Position numbers and translations under genes: made by a program
Assembly (NCBI RefSeq): GCF_000143415.4
Contig: NW_003314319.1
Span: 258,115 to 322,114 of the forward strand
DNA: 64,000 nucleotides
From: Selaginella moellendorffii
Taxonomy: Eukaryota > Plantae > Lycopodiophyta
Reading direction: 5' to 3'
The notes under the pieces: generated by a model
What the model was told of the DNA's origin: nothing
Database searches by the model: none
What the model saw: the letters and a program-made list of their open reading frames with translations, nothing else
In this document: positions 36,712-48,569 of the stretch, piece by piece
Position numbering within the stretch: the stretch's first letter is position 1
Layout: each line of letters begins with the position of its first letter

Positions 36712-38903
36712 CTACGTACGTTGGAACTCAGGCGTTCTCATACCGGGTATGTCAGGATTGCTTCGCTTATCTTCTCTTTTCCGCTTGTTTTCTAAATCAC
36801 GAGTCCGCTTAACAGCTCGGTTCCCAATCTCAACTTTGCCGAGGCTTCTGCAAGCCGCCAGTACGGCCCTCCACACCACAGCATCGCCCTCCACTGGAGA
36901 GCTTACCACGAAACGTACCATCTCCTCAAACTTCCCGGCTCGCCCGAGAAGATCGACCATGCACACGTAGTACTTCGCAGCGGGGGCGATCCCATAGTCG
37001 CTCCTCATCGACACAAAGCTGCAGTGAGCGTCCTAGAGCCCGGAGTGGCTACACGCCGAGAGGACGCTGACGAAGTTGATGGAGTTTGGCATGGTGCCGG
37101 ATCCCATTTGCATCACTCGGAAGAGCGTGAGAGCTCACACTGCGTGGCCGTGGCGAGCGTAGGCTCCCACCATTGCACTCCAGGTTATCACGTCTTCTCT
37201 TCGCAGCTGGAAGAACATCGCGTACGCAGCGTCCAGGCTCCCGTATTTGCTGTAGAGATTGAGCACTGCGTTGCCGAGTAGAACGTCCAGCCCCATTCCC
37301 CTCTCGCAAATCCAGCCGTGAACTCGCTTGCCATCTTTCAAGGAGGAGATCTCCGTGCAGGCAATGATAGCGTTTACGGAAGTGTGCTTGTTCATCCGGA
37401 ATCCTTCTAACTGCATGTGTGAATCGAGTACGATTTTTCCATGCTGGTACTGTACGTAGATCGTGATCAAGGCTTTCCACCACGTCGCATCCTTGTGAGA
37501 GATCTTGGCGAAGGCTTCTCGTGCATCAAGCAAGCTCCCACACTTTGCAAACATGTTGACGAGCGCGTTCCCCACGATCTTGTTAGAGGAGTCATAGCCG
37601 GACTCCACGGTGAATCTGTCGCCCCCCGCGCAGAAACGCCGGGGACGAGCACGCATTGAGCGCCGCCACGAGAGTTACGTTGTTCGGCCTCACGCTCTCT
37701 AGCTGCATGCGCCAAAGAAACACCATCGCCTGCAGTCCTTTTCCATTGCCTTGCTCCGCGAGAGCTGCAATGATCGACGACCAGGCGACTGCGTCTGGAC
37801 AATCCATGCTCTGGAAAAATCTCCTCGATTCATCTGCGCTGCCACACCTCCCACACATGGTTATCAGCGTGTTTCCTACAAATGGGACGCTACACTCTTC
37901 GATCAAACAGTGGACAAAACATCCAGCCTTGAGGACGCCGCAAGCCTCTAAAACCGCCACGAAAGCTCATCTGGACACCATTGAGCAGCATCAAACAAAA
38001 ACACTCGAGGGAAGCTCTCGTTTCCTCGTGTTCCACGTAAGCGCTGATCATGGCAGACCATGCAAACTTGTTCTTGCAGCTCATCCGCTCAAAAATCTCT
38101 CGCGCTTCCGCAAGGCTGCCACACTTTGCATACATATGAACAAGGCTCGTTCCGGCTGTGACGTCCGTCTCATGGAGAACATCCTCCGGAAGACAAGAGT
38201 GAATGAGTCTGCCGGTCTGCAGGAACATTGGGCCGCAGCAAGCCTTGAGGAGTGTAACGAATCCGATTTTTCCAATCTTGACACCCTCGAGCTGCATGAC
38301 AAAGAGCATTTTCACTGCATCCGACTGATGCCCATTTTGGGCATATGCTGAAACAATGGCGTTCCAAGACACTGTGTCTCGGAAATACATTCGATCTAAG
38401 AAAGCTCTGGCTTGGTCGATTTTGCCGCATTTTCCATACATGTTGATAACCGCATTTGAGATGATCACATTCTTCTCCAGCCCACGATCTGCTATTATTT
38501 TCTGTACCACAATGCCCTCTGCGAGAGCGCCGTGTGTGGAGCAAAGATTGAGCGCTGTCAAGAGGGCAGTTTGATCCGGGAGAATTCCCTGCTCCTCCAT
38601 CTCGTCCAGCAGGCCAACAGCCCCTCCGATCGATCCACATGAGCCGTGAGCCGTGATGAGCGCGCTCCACGAGAGAGAGCTCCCCTTACTCGCATCAAGG
38701 CTTTGGAACACAGCCTTGGCATCGTCCAAATGCCCGCACTTGCCATACATGTCGATGAGGTGATTCGCGAGACGCCCATCCCTTTCAAGGCGGCCCAGAC
38801 GGGAGATATGGGCGTGGAGCTTCCTACCACCATCGACCAATCGCAGGGATGCGCAGGTGTGGAGGAGATGGATGAGCTCTTCTGGCTCCCGGCGATCTGG
38901 CAA
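36712..38903 (-). pseudogene. PLS-class PPR gene with several frameshifts; no DYW seen
   Basis: Consecutive PPR fragments in ORFs 37890-38903, 37592-37960, 37135-37656 and 36712-37014 (YYVCMVDLLGRAG). Confidence 0.88.
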
Positions 38904-39324
38904 AGATTAAGGGCATACGAAAACAAAGAAGAGAAAGAAAAGGAATGTAGTCCTAGTGCCTCTCGCATCCTAATTAAGCACTCTAGTAGACTTGGTGGTG
39001 AGATTTTCTCTTTGTCCCGAAAGTTTTCTCTTGCATCCCTGGAATCCTTCCATCTTTGCGATTTCTCTCTCCTTTTGCGATTTGTTTCTAAAACTTTCTT
39101 TTGTTTGCAGTGCCACCCTTTGTTTTTCTCATCGTTTTGATTAACAATGGGGTCTACCTTTAGGAAAGATGCCGGAAAAATAAAGTAAATAACTGTTTTA
39201 TCATCTGTCTTATTGAGAAACTATCCCAGGAAACATAGACAATTATTCAATTTATGTTTTTCTTTTCCTCCTTATATCATTTGAGTTATTATTTCAAATG
39301 TAGAGTCAAACTCGCCCAAAGAAA

Positions 39325-39993
39325 ATGGCAATTTTTCTCCTCAGTATCCTAGCAACATTCCAGGTAACTCAAGGCACCTCCATCACAGGCGCCAACACAA
39401 CCCCAGAATCCCCGGGAGGCCAGCGCTTCGACTCTGTCATGGGAGTAGATGGAGCCCTCTCCATCCTCGCCGACGCCATGGCCTTCGTCCAGCTTGGCTT
39501 CGAGTATATGAGCCCCGACACACCCAAGAAGGAGATTGACACCATCCACTTCACAGTGGACGACATGCCTGGGGTGGCCTACGCCATTGGTGTGGAGATC
39601 CATCTCAGCGCACAGTTTGTTGCTACTTTCACTGGAGACTTGGTTTTTGAGCTCCGAGGCGTCTTGTACCACGAGATGACTCACATTTGGCAGTGGTTCG
39701 GCAAGGACGGGAGCCGGGCGCCACAGGGACTGATCGAGGGGATTGCCGACTTTATGAGGCTCAAGGCTAAGCTAGGTGTGTCGACCAATGGGTTTGTGGG
39801 GTCGGGGAGCCACTGGGACGAGGGGTATACCGTGACTGCATTGTTTCTAAACTATGTCAACGATCTCCATCCCAGCTTTGTGGCAGAGCTTAACAAGAAG
39901 CTCTATGACGGGTGGAGTGAAGGCTACTTCCAGGATCTGACTGGAAAGAGTGTGGATCAGTTGTGGAGCGATTACAAACAGAAATTTCAATGA
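39325..39993 (+). CDS. Basic secretory protein (BSP/PR-17-like), HExxH peptidase-like
   Basis: Signal peptide, GVLYHEMTHIWQW, GLIEGIAD, WDEGY; intact single exon. Confidence 0.94.
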   Translation: MAIFLLSILATFQVTQGTSITGANTTPESPGGQRFDSVMGVDGALSILADAMAFVQLGFEYMSPDTPKKEIDTIHFTVDDMPGVAYAIGVEIHLSAQFVATFTGDLVFELRGVLYHEMTHIWQWFGKDGSRAPQGLIEGIADFMRLKAKLGVSTNGFVGSGSHWDEGYTVTALFLNYVNDLHPSFVAELNKKLYDGWSEGYFQDLTGKSVDQLWSDYKQKFQ

Positions 39994-40868
39994 TGAACTT
40001 TGTTTATAGATTTTGTCTGAAGAATGGAACCAAATTGTCATTATGAAATATACATCAAATAAGAGTCTTAGATAATGGTAAAATTAAATAGCCCTTTAGC
40101 TATTACAACCTAAATTTATAATTAAAGAGTTTATAAAGAGTAAATTATTATAATTGAATACTTTAGATTTTTTTTGGATTGCTTAAGCAAACCTGTAAGT
40201 TATAAATGTATTTATAATTATTGATCATTTAGATTATTCAATAATAGTAAACAGGAATGACACTATTATAACCAAACATTGCTACATGCAAAGTGCAGCA
40301 AATGATTTTTCTTATTAAAAATGAAAAATAATGAAAATTTTAAAGGTTTGTTTAATATTCAAGATAATATACTTTAAAACTAAAGCATTAGTGTTAGTAA
40401 ATAGATTTTGTATTTGTCTTTGGGCAACTTGCCATGTGGCAATCTTCATTATAAGTTTTTTTCCTATGCTCTCTCTATTTTATAGTTAGTTAATTATTAT
40501 TTACTTTTTGAGTTTCTAATTTTTCATGTAATTTATTATCATGAAGATTATTGTATACTGCTTCTAATCACTTTATCTACCAAAAGAAGTCTTACACTGT
40601 ATTTAATCTCACCAAATTAAATAGTAAATATTTGCTAATGATTGTTACAATTTTTTCCTTTTTGATCATATATATTAATATCCATTGCATACAAGAGAAT
40701 CTCATGGTTTTTCTTTTGCATGATTATCTGTCTTATTTATCCCATAAAACATCAACCATCAATAGGCTGGTTTGACTTTGCATTTAAAATAATAACTCAA
40801 GTGAGTAATTGCTTAAAATATTTATGGCCTTATAGAAGTTTACTGTTCATTTCAGCAGCTAACATTTA

Positions 40869-42536
40869 TTAACCAGTTAATCTCTTTCGAAGAGTGACAC
40901 TATAAAACTTTGTTGTTCTAATGGACAAGATCAAGCTCACAATGGATGCAAACAAGCACACTCCAGCCATGACGAAGAAGGTTGTTCTGTAGCAATGTGG
41001 TCCATGGCAAAGGAGCTCATCACCATCCAGACTTCCATTGCTCGGTCCAAGCTTACTCTCGCGGTCGTATAAAACTCCTGCCACCCGGACGGACAAAACA
41101 TAAGTTCCCAGCGCCTTAGCGACGTAAGTTACATTTTGGAGCGTCCCATAGAACCTGAGCCCGAAGATCTCCGCTATCATGGTGTAAAGAACCGACCACA
41201 TGCCACCGATTGACAACCCAATCAAAACCGAGCCGTAGAAGAGCGCTCCGGGAAGCCCAAGAGCGATTATCAAGCTCCCAAGAGAGAGAAGCAAGAGAAC
41301 CAGGCACAGGAAGAAGGGCCTTGCGACGCCATAGCTGGCGAGGCATATATCCGAGATGAAGCCAACGCCAACGCCACCGATGAAGTCCCAGATGCTAAGG
41401 AGGGCGATGAAAGTGTTTGTTCCGGCCTGGGAGTAGCCAAGGGACGTTCCAATCTGGCCGAAATTGTTGGTCACGGTTAGCACAGCGCCAATGCCACAGG
41501 TTGAAGCCACGAAGATGAGAAACATGTCGATGCTACAGAGCGCCTGGAGGATTGTGAAATCGTCTCCTCGCTTGACGGGCGATCCTTTAAAGAAGAAGAT
41601 CGAAATGTGCGAGGCGATAGCTGGAGCAGCGGCGTCTGCCCCATGATCCGGAGGATCTACGTCTTGAAAATCTGTTTGAGGAGTTTCTATCGCTGCGTTC
41701 TCCACTAGATCAACATCAACTTCTTCGCGATGGCGATGCCGGAGGGTTTTGGATTCCTGTCTCAGAACCACAAGAACTGGGATGGAGAGAATGATCAGCA
41801 TAATGGAAACGAAGGCCTTGATGATCCGAGATTCTAGGCGCACGAAGTGCTGGAGGATGATAATAGCCATGAGATATCCAGCCAGGATCAAAGTTACTGA
41901 CACGAAGACGAAGAGCGTTCTCGAGTCATTGTAGCGGCCGTCGAGTGGGACGGATCGAATGAAAAACGCGAAGAGAAGGCACAAGAGCGATGGAAACCAG
42001 GCCAGCAAGAGAACGAATGAATCGTCACTGTGAGAGAAGAAGGCCTGGTAAAGCAGCGTGAATATCGCAACGCTCAATCCCTGCGTACTGTCGAGAAGAC
42101 TAAGAACCATGCCCTGGTTCTTGGGGAAATTCTTGGCACAGGCCACAAGAACAGCGGTGGTGGTGAAGGCTGCCGATGCGCCGATCATAAAGAGATAGAA
42201 GCACAGTTCCCAGACATGGGGGTGTGCGATTCTCTGCGTTGTAGCCAGCCATATCGTGAAGTATCCAGCAAAGTTTAGCGCAAATCCAAGGAGGAGCACG
42301 ACCCAGGGCCCGGTGAGATCATAGACGAGGCCGGAGAGAATCCCGACGCTGGTGCCAACGTCCTTAAATAAGCTTATGGTGTTGATATTTTTTTGGTTGT
42401 AGTCGAGGGACAGCTTGAGATGCTGCGAGAAGAGGCTGAAATTGTTGAGTGCTCCTCCCGTGGAGATCATGAGGAAGAAACTTGCCAATGCAACCATCCA
42501 TTGACTGTTGTAGAGGTGTTTGATCGTCCCAACCAT
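40869..42536 (-). CDS. Nodulin-like MFS transporter (NFD4-like)
   Basis: Many TM helices, FKDVGTSVGILSG, DFTILQAL, NNFGQIG, AEIFGL, C.G.HCY; intronless. Confidence 0.93.
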   Translation of the reverse strand: MVGTIKHLYNSQWMVALASFFLMISTGGALNNFSLFSQHLKLSLDYNQKNINTISLFKDVGTSVGILSGLVYDLTGPWVVLLLGFALNFAGYFTIWLATTQRIAHPHVWELCFYLFMIGASAAFTTTAVLVACAKNFPKNQGMVLSLLDSTQGLSVAIFTLLYQAFFSHSDDSFVLLLAWFPSLLCLLFAFFIRSVPLDGRYNDSRTLFVFVSVTLILAGYLMAIIILQHFVRLESRIIKAFVSIMLIILSIPVLVVLRQESKTLRHRHREEVDVDLVENAAIETPQTDFQDVDPPDHGADAAAPAIASHISIFFFKGSPVKRGDDFTILQALCSIDMFLIFVASTCGIGAVLTVTNNFGQIGTSLGYSQAGTNTFIALLSIWDFIGGVGVGFISDICLASYGVARPFFLCLVLLLLSLGSLIIALGLPGALFYGSVLIGLSIGGMWSVLYTMIAEIFGLRFYGTLQNVTYVAKALGTYVLSVRVAGVLYDRESKLGPSNGSLDGDELLCHGPHCYRTTFFVMAGVCLFASIVSLILSIRTTKFYSVTLRKRLTG

Positions 42537-43062
42537 GATCCTAAGCTAAACTTTAGATTGAAATAAGAGTGGAGAGCATATATATTTAAAGTATGGAAGA
42601 AATTCAAATCGAAAGAGAACATATTCACAATCTTTCTTAGTTTTTCTACCCGGCTCTTCCCGAAAGAAATTGTGTCCAAGCAGCGCACAACAAGGACTGA
42701 AGACCAGGAAGATCTGCAAGATGTAGCTCTAATTTTCAATCGCATCCATCAGTCTCATGCTTACAACTATCTATTTATGTTATTTCGGTAATCTCGTGAC
42801 TGATGGATGTAGAAAATCGAAGTCGCGATGTCGGCTCCCTCCTTCGCTGCTGCTGCCGGCTTCGTCGCTTACTATCCAGAGTCTCGAAAAAGAAAAGACG
42901 TGATGTTTTAAGGAATTGAGGCGATGGCCAGGTGGGCTGCCACCTAGAAAGAAGATCTTTCGCGGCCACCAACTTGGACTTTAACATCATGAAAAATCAA
43001 CTATATAAACCCACCAATTCTATGCAACCTCGTTCATCTTGTTTCCTCCTAATTTTGTAGCT

Positions 43063-44287
43063 ATGCCTTCCTTTGTTGCAAATGTCAATCAGCAGACTGA
43101 TGTTCTTCCAAAGGGTGTCAAAGCTCTCATGGATAATGGCCTCGTTACCATTCCTGGCCGTTATATCAAACCTCCCAGCCACCGAGCTGTGAAGCATTTG
43201 ATCGTTCCTGGAGTGGAGATCCCTGTGATTGACATGGCTGCATTGGAGAGTGACCGAGAGAAATTTGTTCAAACTTTGTGCAAGGCTTCGAGTGAATGGG
43301 GCATCTTTCAGGTATTTTGATGTGTACCTGCTCAAAAGGATCATTCATAATATGATGTCACATGCAGGTGATCAACCACGGGATTCCTGTTGCAACCATG
43401 CAAGGCATGGTCCATGGAGTGCTTGAGCTCTTTGATCTTCCTATTGAGGAGAAGATGAAGTATTATACGGAGGAGGTGTTTGTGCCCGTGCGGTACTGCA
43501 CGAGTATGACACCTTCTCAAGAGACTCATATGGAGTGGCACGATCACTTTCAGCACTACTTTTCAAACAGAGAAAAAGAGCATCCATGGCCGGAAAAACC
43601 AGCCTGCTACAAGTAAATGAGCCTGACTAATCTGGATTTCATGAGATTGCTTGGTTTCTTGGATACTGCAGGAGGCTCGCTTCCAGCTATGTTTCAAGCG
43701 TGAGACATCTGAGTCAGACTCTGATGTCTGCTTTGTCTGAAGGGCTCGGGCTGGATTCAAACTGCCTCGCGAAATCGTTTGGAGACTCGGAGATGATCTT
43801 GCGATCAAATTACTATCTGCCGTGCCCAAATCCCGACCTTGCTCTTGGGATGAATGGCCACACCGATAGTGGCGGTTTGACAATCCTGTTTGAAGATCAA
43901 GTTGGCGGACTCCAGGCCAGGAAAGGTGATCTCTGGTACGACTTGAAGCCTATAAAGAATGCATTCATTGTGAACATCGCTGATCAGCTTGAAGTAAGTG
44001 ACTTGGATTGATTTTTATCATGGCTTTGTTCTTTTCCATGACAGATTTTGAGCAATGGAAAATACAAGAGCATTGAGCACCGAGTCCTTGTCCAGCCTGA
44101 TCAAACTCGTCTCTCCATCGTGGCATTTTGCAATCCATCACGGGATGCTGTGATAGGACCCCTGCTAGAACTTATTGATGAGCAAAACCCGCTACTCTAC
44201 AAGTCAACCTTATACCAAGAGCACATCACAAATGTCTACACAAAATATTTGGATGGCAAGCATTCACAAAAGCTCCAAATAAACTAA
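43063..44287 (+). CDS. 2-oxoglutarate/Fe(II) dioxygenase (DOXC class); join(43063-43311, 43368-43612, 43672-43993, 44045-44287)
   Basis: IPVID, WGIFQVINHG, NYY.PCP, HTD, EHRV, RLS motifs; three GT-AG introns keep frame. Confidence 0.94.
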
Positions 44288-44379
44288 ACCAACGAGCTGT
44301 TACTAAAATAAAATAATAGAAAGAATAAATCTTCTATTTTATAAGAGAGAACCGTCTCCAAAGATCTCTACAAAGGCAG

Positions 44380-44850
44380 GATGCTCCACAGCTCCATTCT
44401 TGCTTCGCCGTTGCTAAGTTTATTTAGTGCTCATGTACATGGAACTGTAGCAGGCCTGGAGATCTTCAATATCTACTAGCTTGAAAGATCTATCGTGTTC
44501 CCAAACTCTCCAGGCTGAGACACCCCATTATCACATTGAAGACCTTCAAGCATCCGTGAAGCTTTGCAATCATGGATCAGTGATGCATGGAAGAGGTCCT
44601 AGCTCTAGAGGCCCTGGAAGCGCCAAAGTGAAGCATGTCCAAGAGTGCATTGGTGGACAGGTCCATGGCCGAGGCAATCCAGCTGCGAATCAACAGTCAT
44701 GGATAGTGCACTAGTTGTCTATATGAATTGCTTGGCATCACTTGGCCACCTCATCTCACTGAATCTCAGCACCAATTCACTCTCTGGTGCAATCCCTGGA
44801 TCGCTGGGTGATATTCCAATGCTATGGACGACCTTGAATCTTGATGCTCA
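44380..44850 (+). pseudogene. LRR-RLK/RLP 5' fragment next to retroelement DNA
   Basis: LASLGHLISLNLSTNSLSGAIPGSLG plant LRR unit; leader-like start; broken frames. Confidence 0.55.
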
Positions 44851-46130
44851 ACTAAATCTGCAAGATCTTCAACAAGGAGATTCCAAAATTTCTAGAGAAT
44901 ATTGCAATTAAACTCGGCTAAAGCATTGGCCCTCCCTCTCAGGTCGGGTTGTGACAACAAGTGTTTCATTGCCATATTATCCGTGTAAATTTTAAAGTGT
45001 CTCTTAAGGTAGTGTCGCTACTCCTTGAGTGTCTTGATCACCGCAAACAATTTCTTCTCGTGGGTAAGTTACTTTCGCTAAGTTTTGTCCAACTTTTTTG
45101 AGAAGAATGCTACTAGATGGTTATCTTGCTTCAAAATTGCACCCAACAAAGTCTGAAACATCCATTTCTACCTCAAAGTCTTTACCAAAGTCTAATAATG
45201 CTAACACAAGAGCCTTCCTCAACTTCTTTTGAGATGGATAAATGCCACCTCACATTCTGCTGTTCATACTATCTTCCCTTTTCTTGTTTAGTCTGTTAAA
45301 AGTAGGGGTACTCTCAAATAGTGTTTGAAAACTTTCAATAGTAGTTATATAGCTTTAATAATGCTTTTAACTTGTGTACATTCAATAGTCATTCCCATTC
45401 CTAGATTGCTTGGACTTTTTTAGGGTCTATCTTGAGCCCAATCTTTTCCCACCACATGCCCGATGTTGAGAAAAGTTATATTTGCTCTCTTTAATATACA
45501 ATTGGTGTTCCCTCAGTTTTTCAAACACCTTCGTCAAGTGTTCGACATGCTTTTCTAGTGTCTCGCTATAGATCAAGATATCCATCAATGTAGATGACCA
45601 CAAAATGCTTTAGGTAAGGTACAAAAATGTGGTTCATCAATGCCAAGAACATTGCTAATGCATTGCACAGCCCAAAGGGCATCATTAGAAACTCAAAACT
45701 TCTATACCTTGCCCAATAGGTTGTCTTCTTGATATCTTCCTCTTAAGTCGATCCTTGAGAAGTATTTTGCCATGGCAAAACACCATGGCATAACAGTCTG
45801 GTATGGGTCCCTCATTTCTATCCTAAAGGGAAGGCCTAAGTCCCTAGGGAGGCTGAGGACCAATGAACCGCAAAGTACTCAAGTGGGGCACCACTCCACA
45901 TGAGCCGAGAGCACTACAGTCAGTTTCCTTTTAGGAAGTGGGAGCTACTCTTGAGCATTTCCTTAGGTGGCCCCTCTGGCACCACCCGAGTCCATGCTCA
46001 CTCCCACCCAAGGCCCTTGAGCCCCAGTCTCAACCTCAAATCAGTTTAAAAGCACCATTGGCGAGTTCCTTCAAGACTAGTTCCTAAACCTCACTATCCT
46101 TACTATACTTTTGGAACCCCATGCAGCCCT

Positions 46131-46374
46131 NNNNNNNNNNNNNNNNNNNNNNNNNNNNNNNNNNNNNNNNNNNNNNNNNNNNNNNNNNNNNNNNNNNNNN
46201 NNNNNNNNNNNNNNNNNNNNNNNNNNNNNNNNNNNNNNNNNNNNNNNNNNNNNNNNNNNNNNNNNNNNNNNNNNNNNNNNNNNNNNNNNNNNNNNNNNNN
46301 NNNNNNNNNNNNNNNNNNNNNNNNNNNNNNNNNNNNNNNNNNNNNNNNNNNNNNNNNNNNNNNNNNNNNNNNNN
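46131..46374. other. Assembly gap (244 N)
   Basis: N run located at the LTR poly-C tract. Confidence 1.
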
Positions 46375-46699
46375 CCCCCCAGGAGACATATGCTTTGGGC
46401 TTTCACCCCATATTAGTATTTGGAGTCAGTCTTGGACTTGATTTCGGACTCGACCTCAGACTCAATCTCAGACCCGACTTCAGACTCTGTCTTGGACTCA
46501 AACTCAGACCCGACCTCAAACTCTGTCTCAGACTCAATCTCGGACTCGGTCTCGGATCTGATCTTGGATCTTAGACTCGGTCTCGAACTCAATCTCAAAC
46601 TCGGTCTTGGAGTCAGTCTTGGACTTGATCTTGGACTCGGCCTCAAACTTGGTTTTAGAGTCGGTCTCAGACTCGATCTCAGACTCGGTCTCATCTAAT

Positions 46700-48491
46700 T
46701 GTGAGACACAAAATCCCTAGGCCCCAAAGTGGAGCTGGAAAGGGTGCCACGTGGTAGTGGCCAAAGTGAAAGCCAAAACGAGTGTAACACGTTTGGACTA
46801 AAAACTCTAACTTGGAAGGTCGAGAGCGGGAGTGGAACTCCCAACAAAGTGCTCAAGGAGTGAGCATGAAGCGAGCAATAAGCAAGGCTCCAAAAAGGGA
46901 CCCAAAAAGGACCAACACATGACACGTGGAAGTGTCCGAGATGGAGTCCGAGACGGACCCTAGTTGGAGTCCGAGATGGACCCGAAGTGGAGTCCAATAT
47001 GGAGTCCGAAGTGGAGTCCGAGATGGAGTCCGATATGGAGTCCGAGATGGACCCGAAGTGGAGTCCGAGGTGGACTGAGACAGAGTCCGAGATGGACCCG
47101 AGATGGAGTCCGAGATGGAGTCCGAGATGGAGTCCGAGATGGACCCGAGATGGAGTCCGAGATGGAGTCCGAGGTGGACCGAGATGGAGTCCGAGATGGA
47201 CCCGAGATGGAGTCCGAGATGGACCGAGACGGAGTCCGAGATGGAGTCCGAGATGGACCAAGACAGAGCCCGAGATGGAGTCCGAGATGGAGTCCGAGAA
47301 GGACCCGAGATGGAGTCCGAGGTCGAGACCGAGACCGGGACCGAGACCGAGACCGGGACCGAGACCGAGACCGGGACCAAGACCGGGACCAAGAACGGGA
47401 CCGAGACCGAGACCGAGGCCAAGGCTGAGACCGAGCCCAAGCCCGAGTCCGAGTCCGAGTCCGAGTCCGAGTCCGAGTCCGAGTTCGAGTCTGAGAGGGT
47501 GAAAGCCCAAAGCGTTCATCTCCCAGACCCTGGGGGGTTTGGTGAGCTCCAAAAGTATAGTAAGGGGGAGGACTGCAGTGGAGCCAGTTTGGCCAGGAAA
47601 GGCCAGTTTGGCCCAGGAAGGCCAGACCCAGTGTTGGGTGATGAATTGACCACTAGGAAGTCCAAGACTAGAGTGAATACGGACCGACAAGCGGGGTAGC
47701 TTGGTGAAGTGTTCAAGAGCCGGCTCTAGTTCCCCCGGGAGATCGATTGGCCGATGCTCCCAATCCAAGTGTGGGTGGCACTACCTACTTGGATACCAGG
47801 CGTGGCTCAACGGAACCTCGCTCTAAGCCCATGGCTAGAGCACCTAAAGGCGAAAGGTGGGGAGAGTACCCAGGTGGCTCGCGTAAGGCCACGGTGTTCC
47901 GAAATGTTGTCCCAAAGGCCCAGACTGTGGAAAGGAAGAGGAGCAGTCCTCTGGGGTAGTGACCAAGGACACAGTCGTGTGGTGAGGAAGTCCCAGAGGA
48001 CCGTGGGACTTAGTGGTCGGGCCGGTGGGCCTCGATTCAGTGGTAGTGTTGGCGAACACGGCCGTGGGCAGAAAGGGACTTGGTGGGGACCAGAAAAGGG
48101 ATATTGGGGAAGGCTATTCCCCTTGTCGGTGGGCATCCTAAGGATGCTAAGTAGTGGATCTGGGATGACCCCTCATGGATGGTTGGCCCAGTCTTGGAGA
48201 GACAAGACTGTGTTGCAAGTGGTATTGGACTACCAATGCGGCAAAGGTGATTGGGCATGGCCTTAGCGTAACAGGCTGCTATGTCGGTGGTACCTTTGAG
48301 TGTCGGTCATGGGATCAGACACGTGGAGCACTTGGACCAGGTGCAAGGGTTGAGTGGCATGGATGCCATTCTTGGGGCTAGCAAGTCCTAAGTCCTGAAT
48401 TGGACTTATGGAGGTTGTGAATGAGACTCCTCCAAGTGGTCGGAGGTGTAGTTAAATGACTAAAGTATAATGGAAAAATTAGTCGCTTACA
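46700..48491 (+). mobile_element. Nested solo LTR (1792 bp) of a related family with GATGGAGTCCGA and CCGAGA/CCGAGT arrays
   Basis: TGT...ACA termini, perfect TSD CTAAT at 46695-46699 and 48492-48496; host LTR resumes after it. Confidence 0.92.
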
Positions 48492-48569
48492 CTAATGAAC
48501 TCTTTATATTTTGGTCATGCTTTTAGGGATTTTTTAGCCTTTGACACCTCATAGAATTAGTTCCCTACA

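Larger units (their letters stand above)
44893..48569 (-). mobile_element. Older deleted copy of the chromovirus (RT-RNaseH fragment joined to partial 5' LTR)
   Basis: 44893-45771 matches about 2605-3538; 45772-46699 plus 48497-48569 match LTR 6112-6901. Confidence 0.9.

Noticed and set aside
46935-47490. Possible CRISPR-like array
   Set aside because: Pure tandem repeat with no unique spacers and no cas genes, in a eukaryotic LTR
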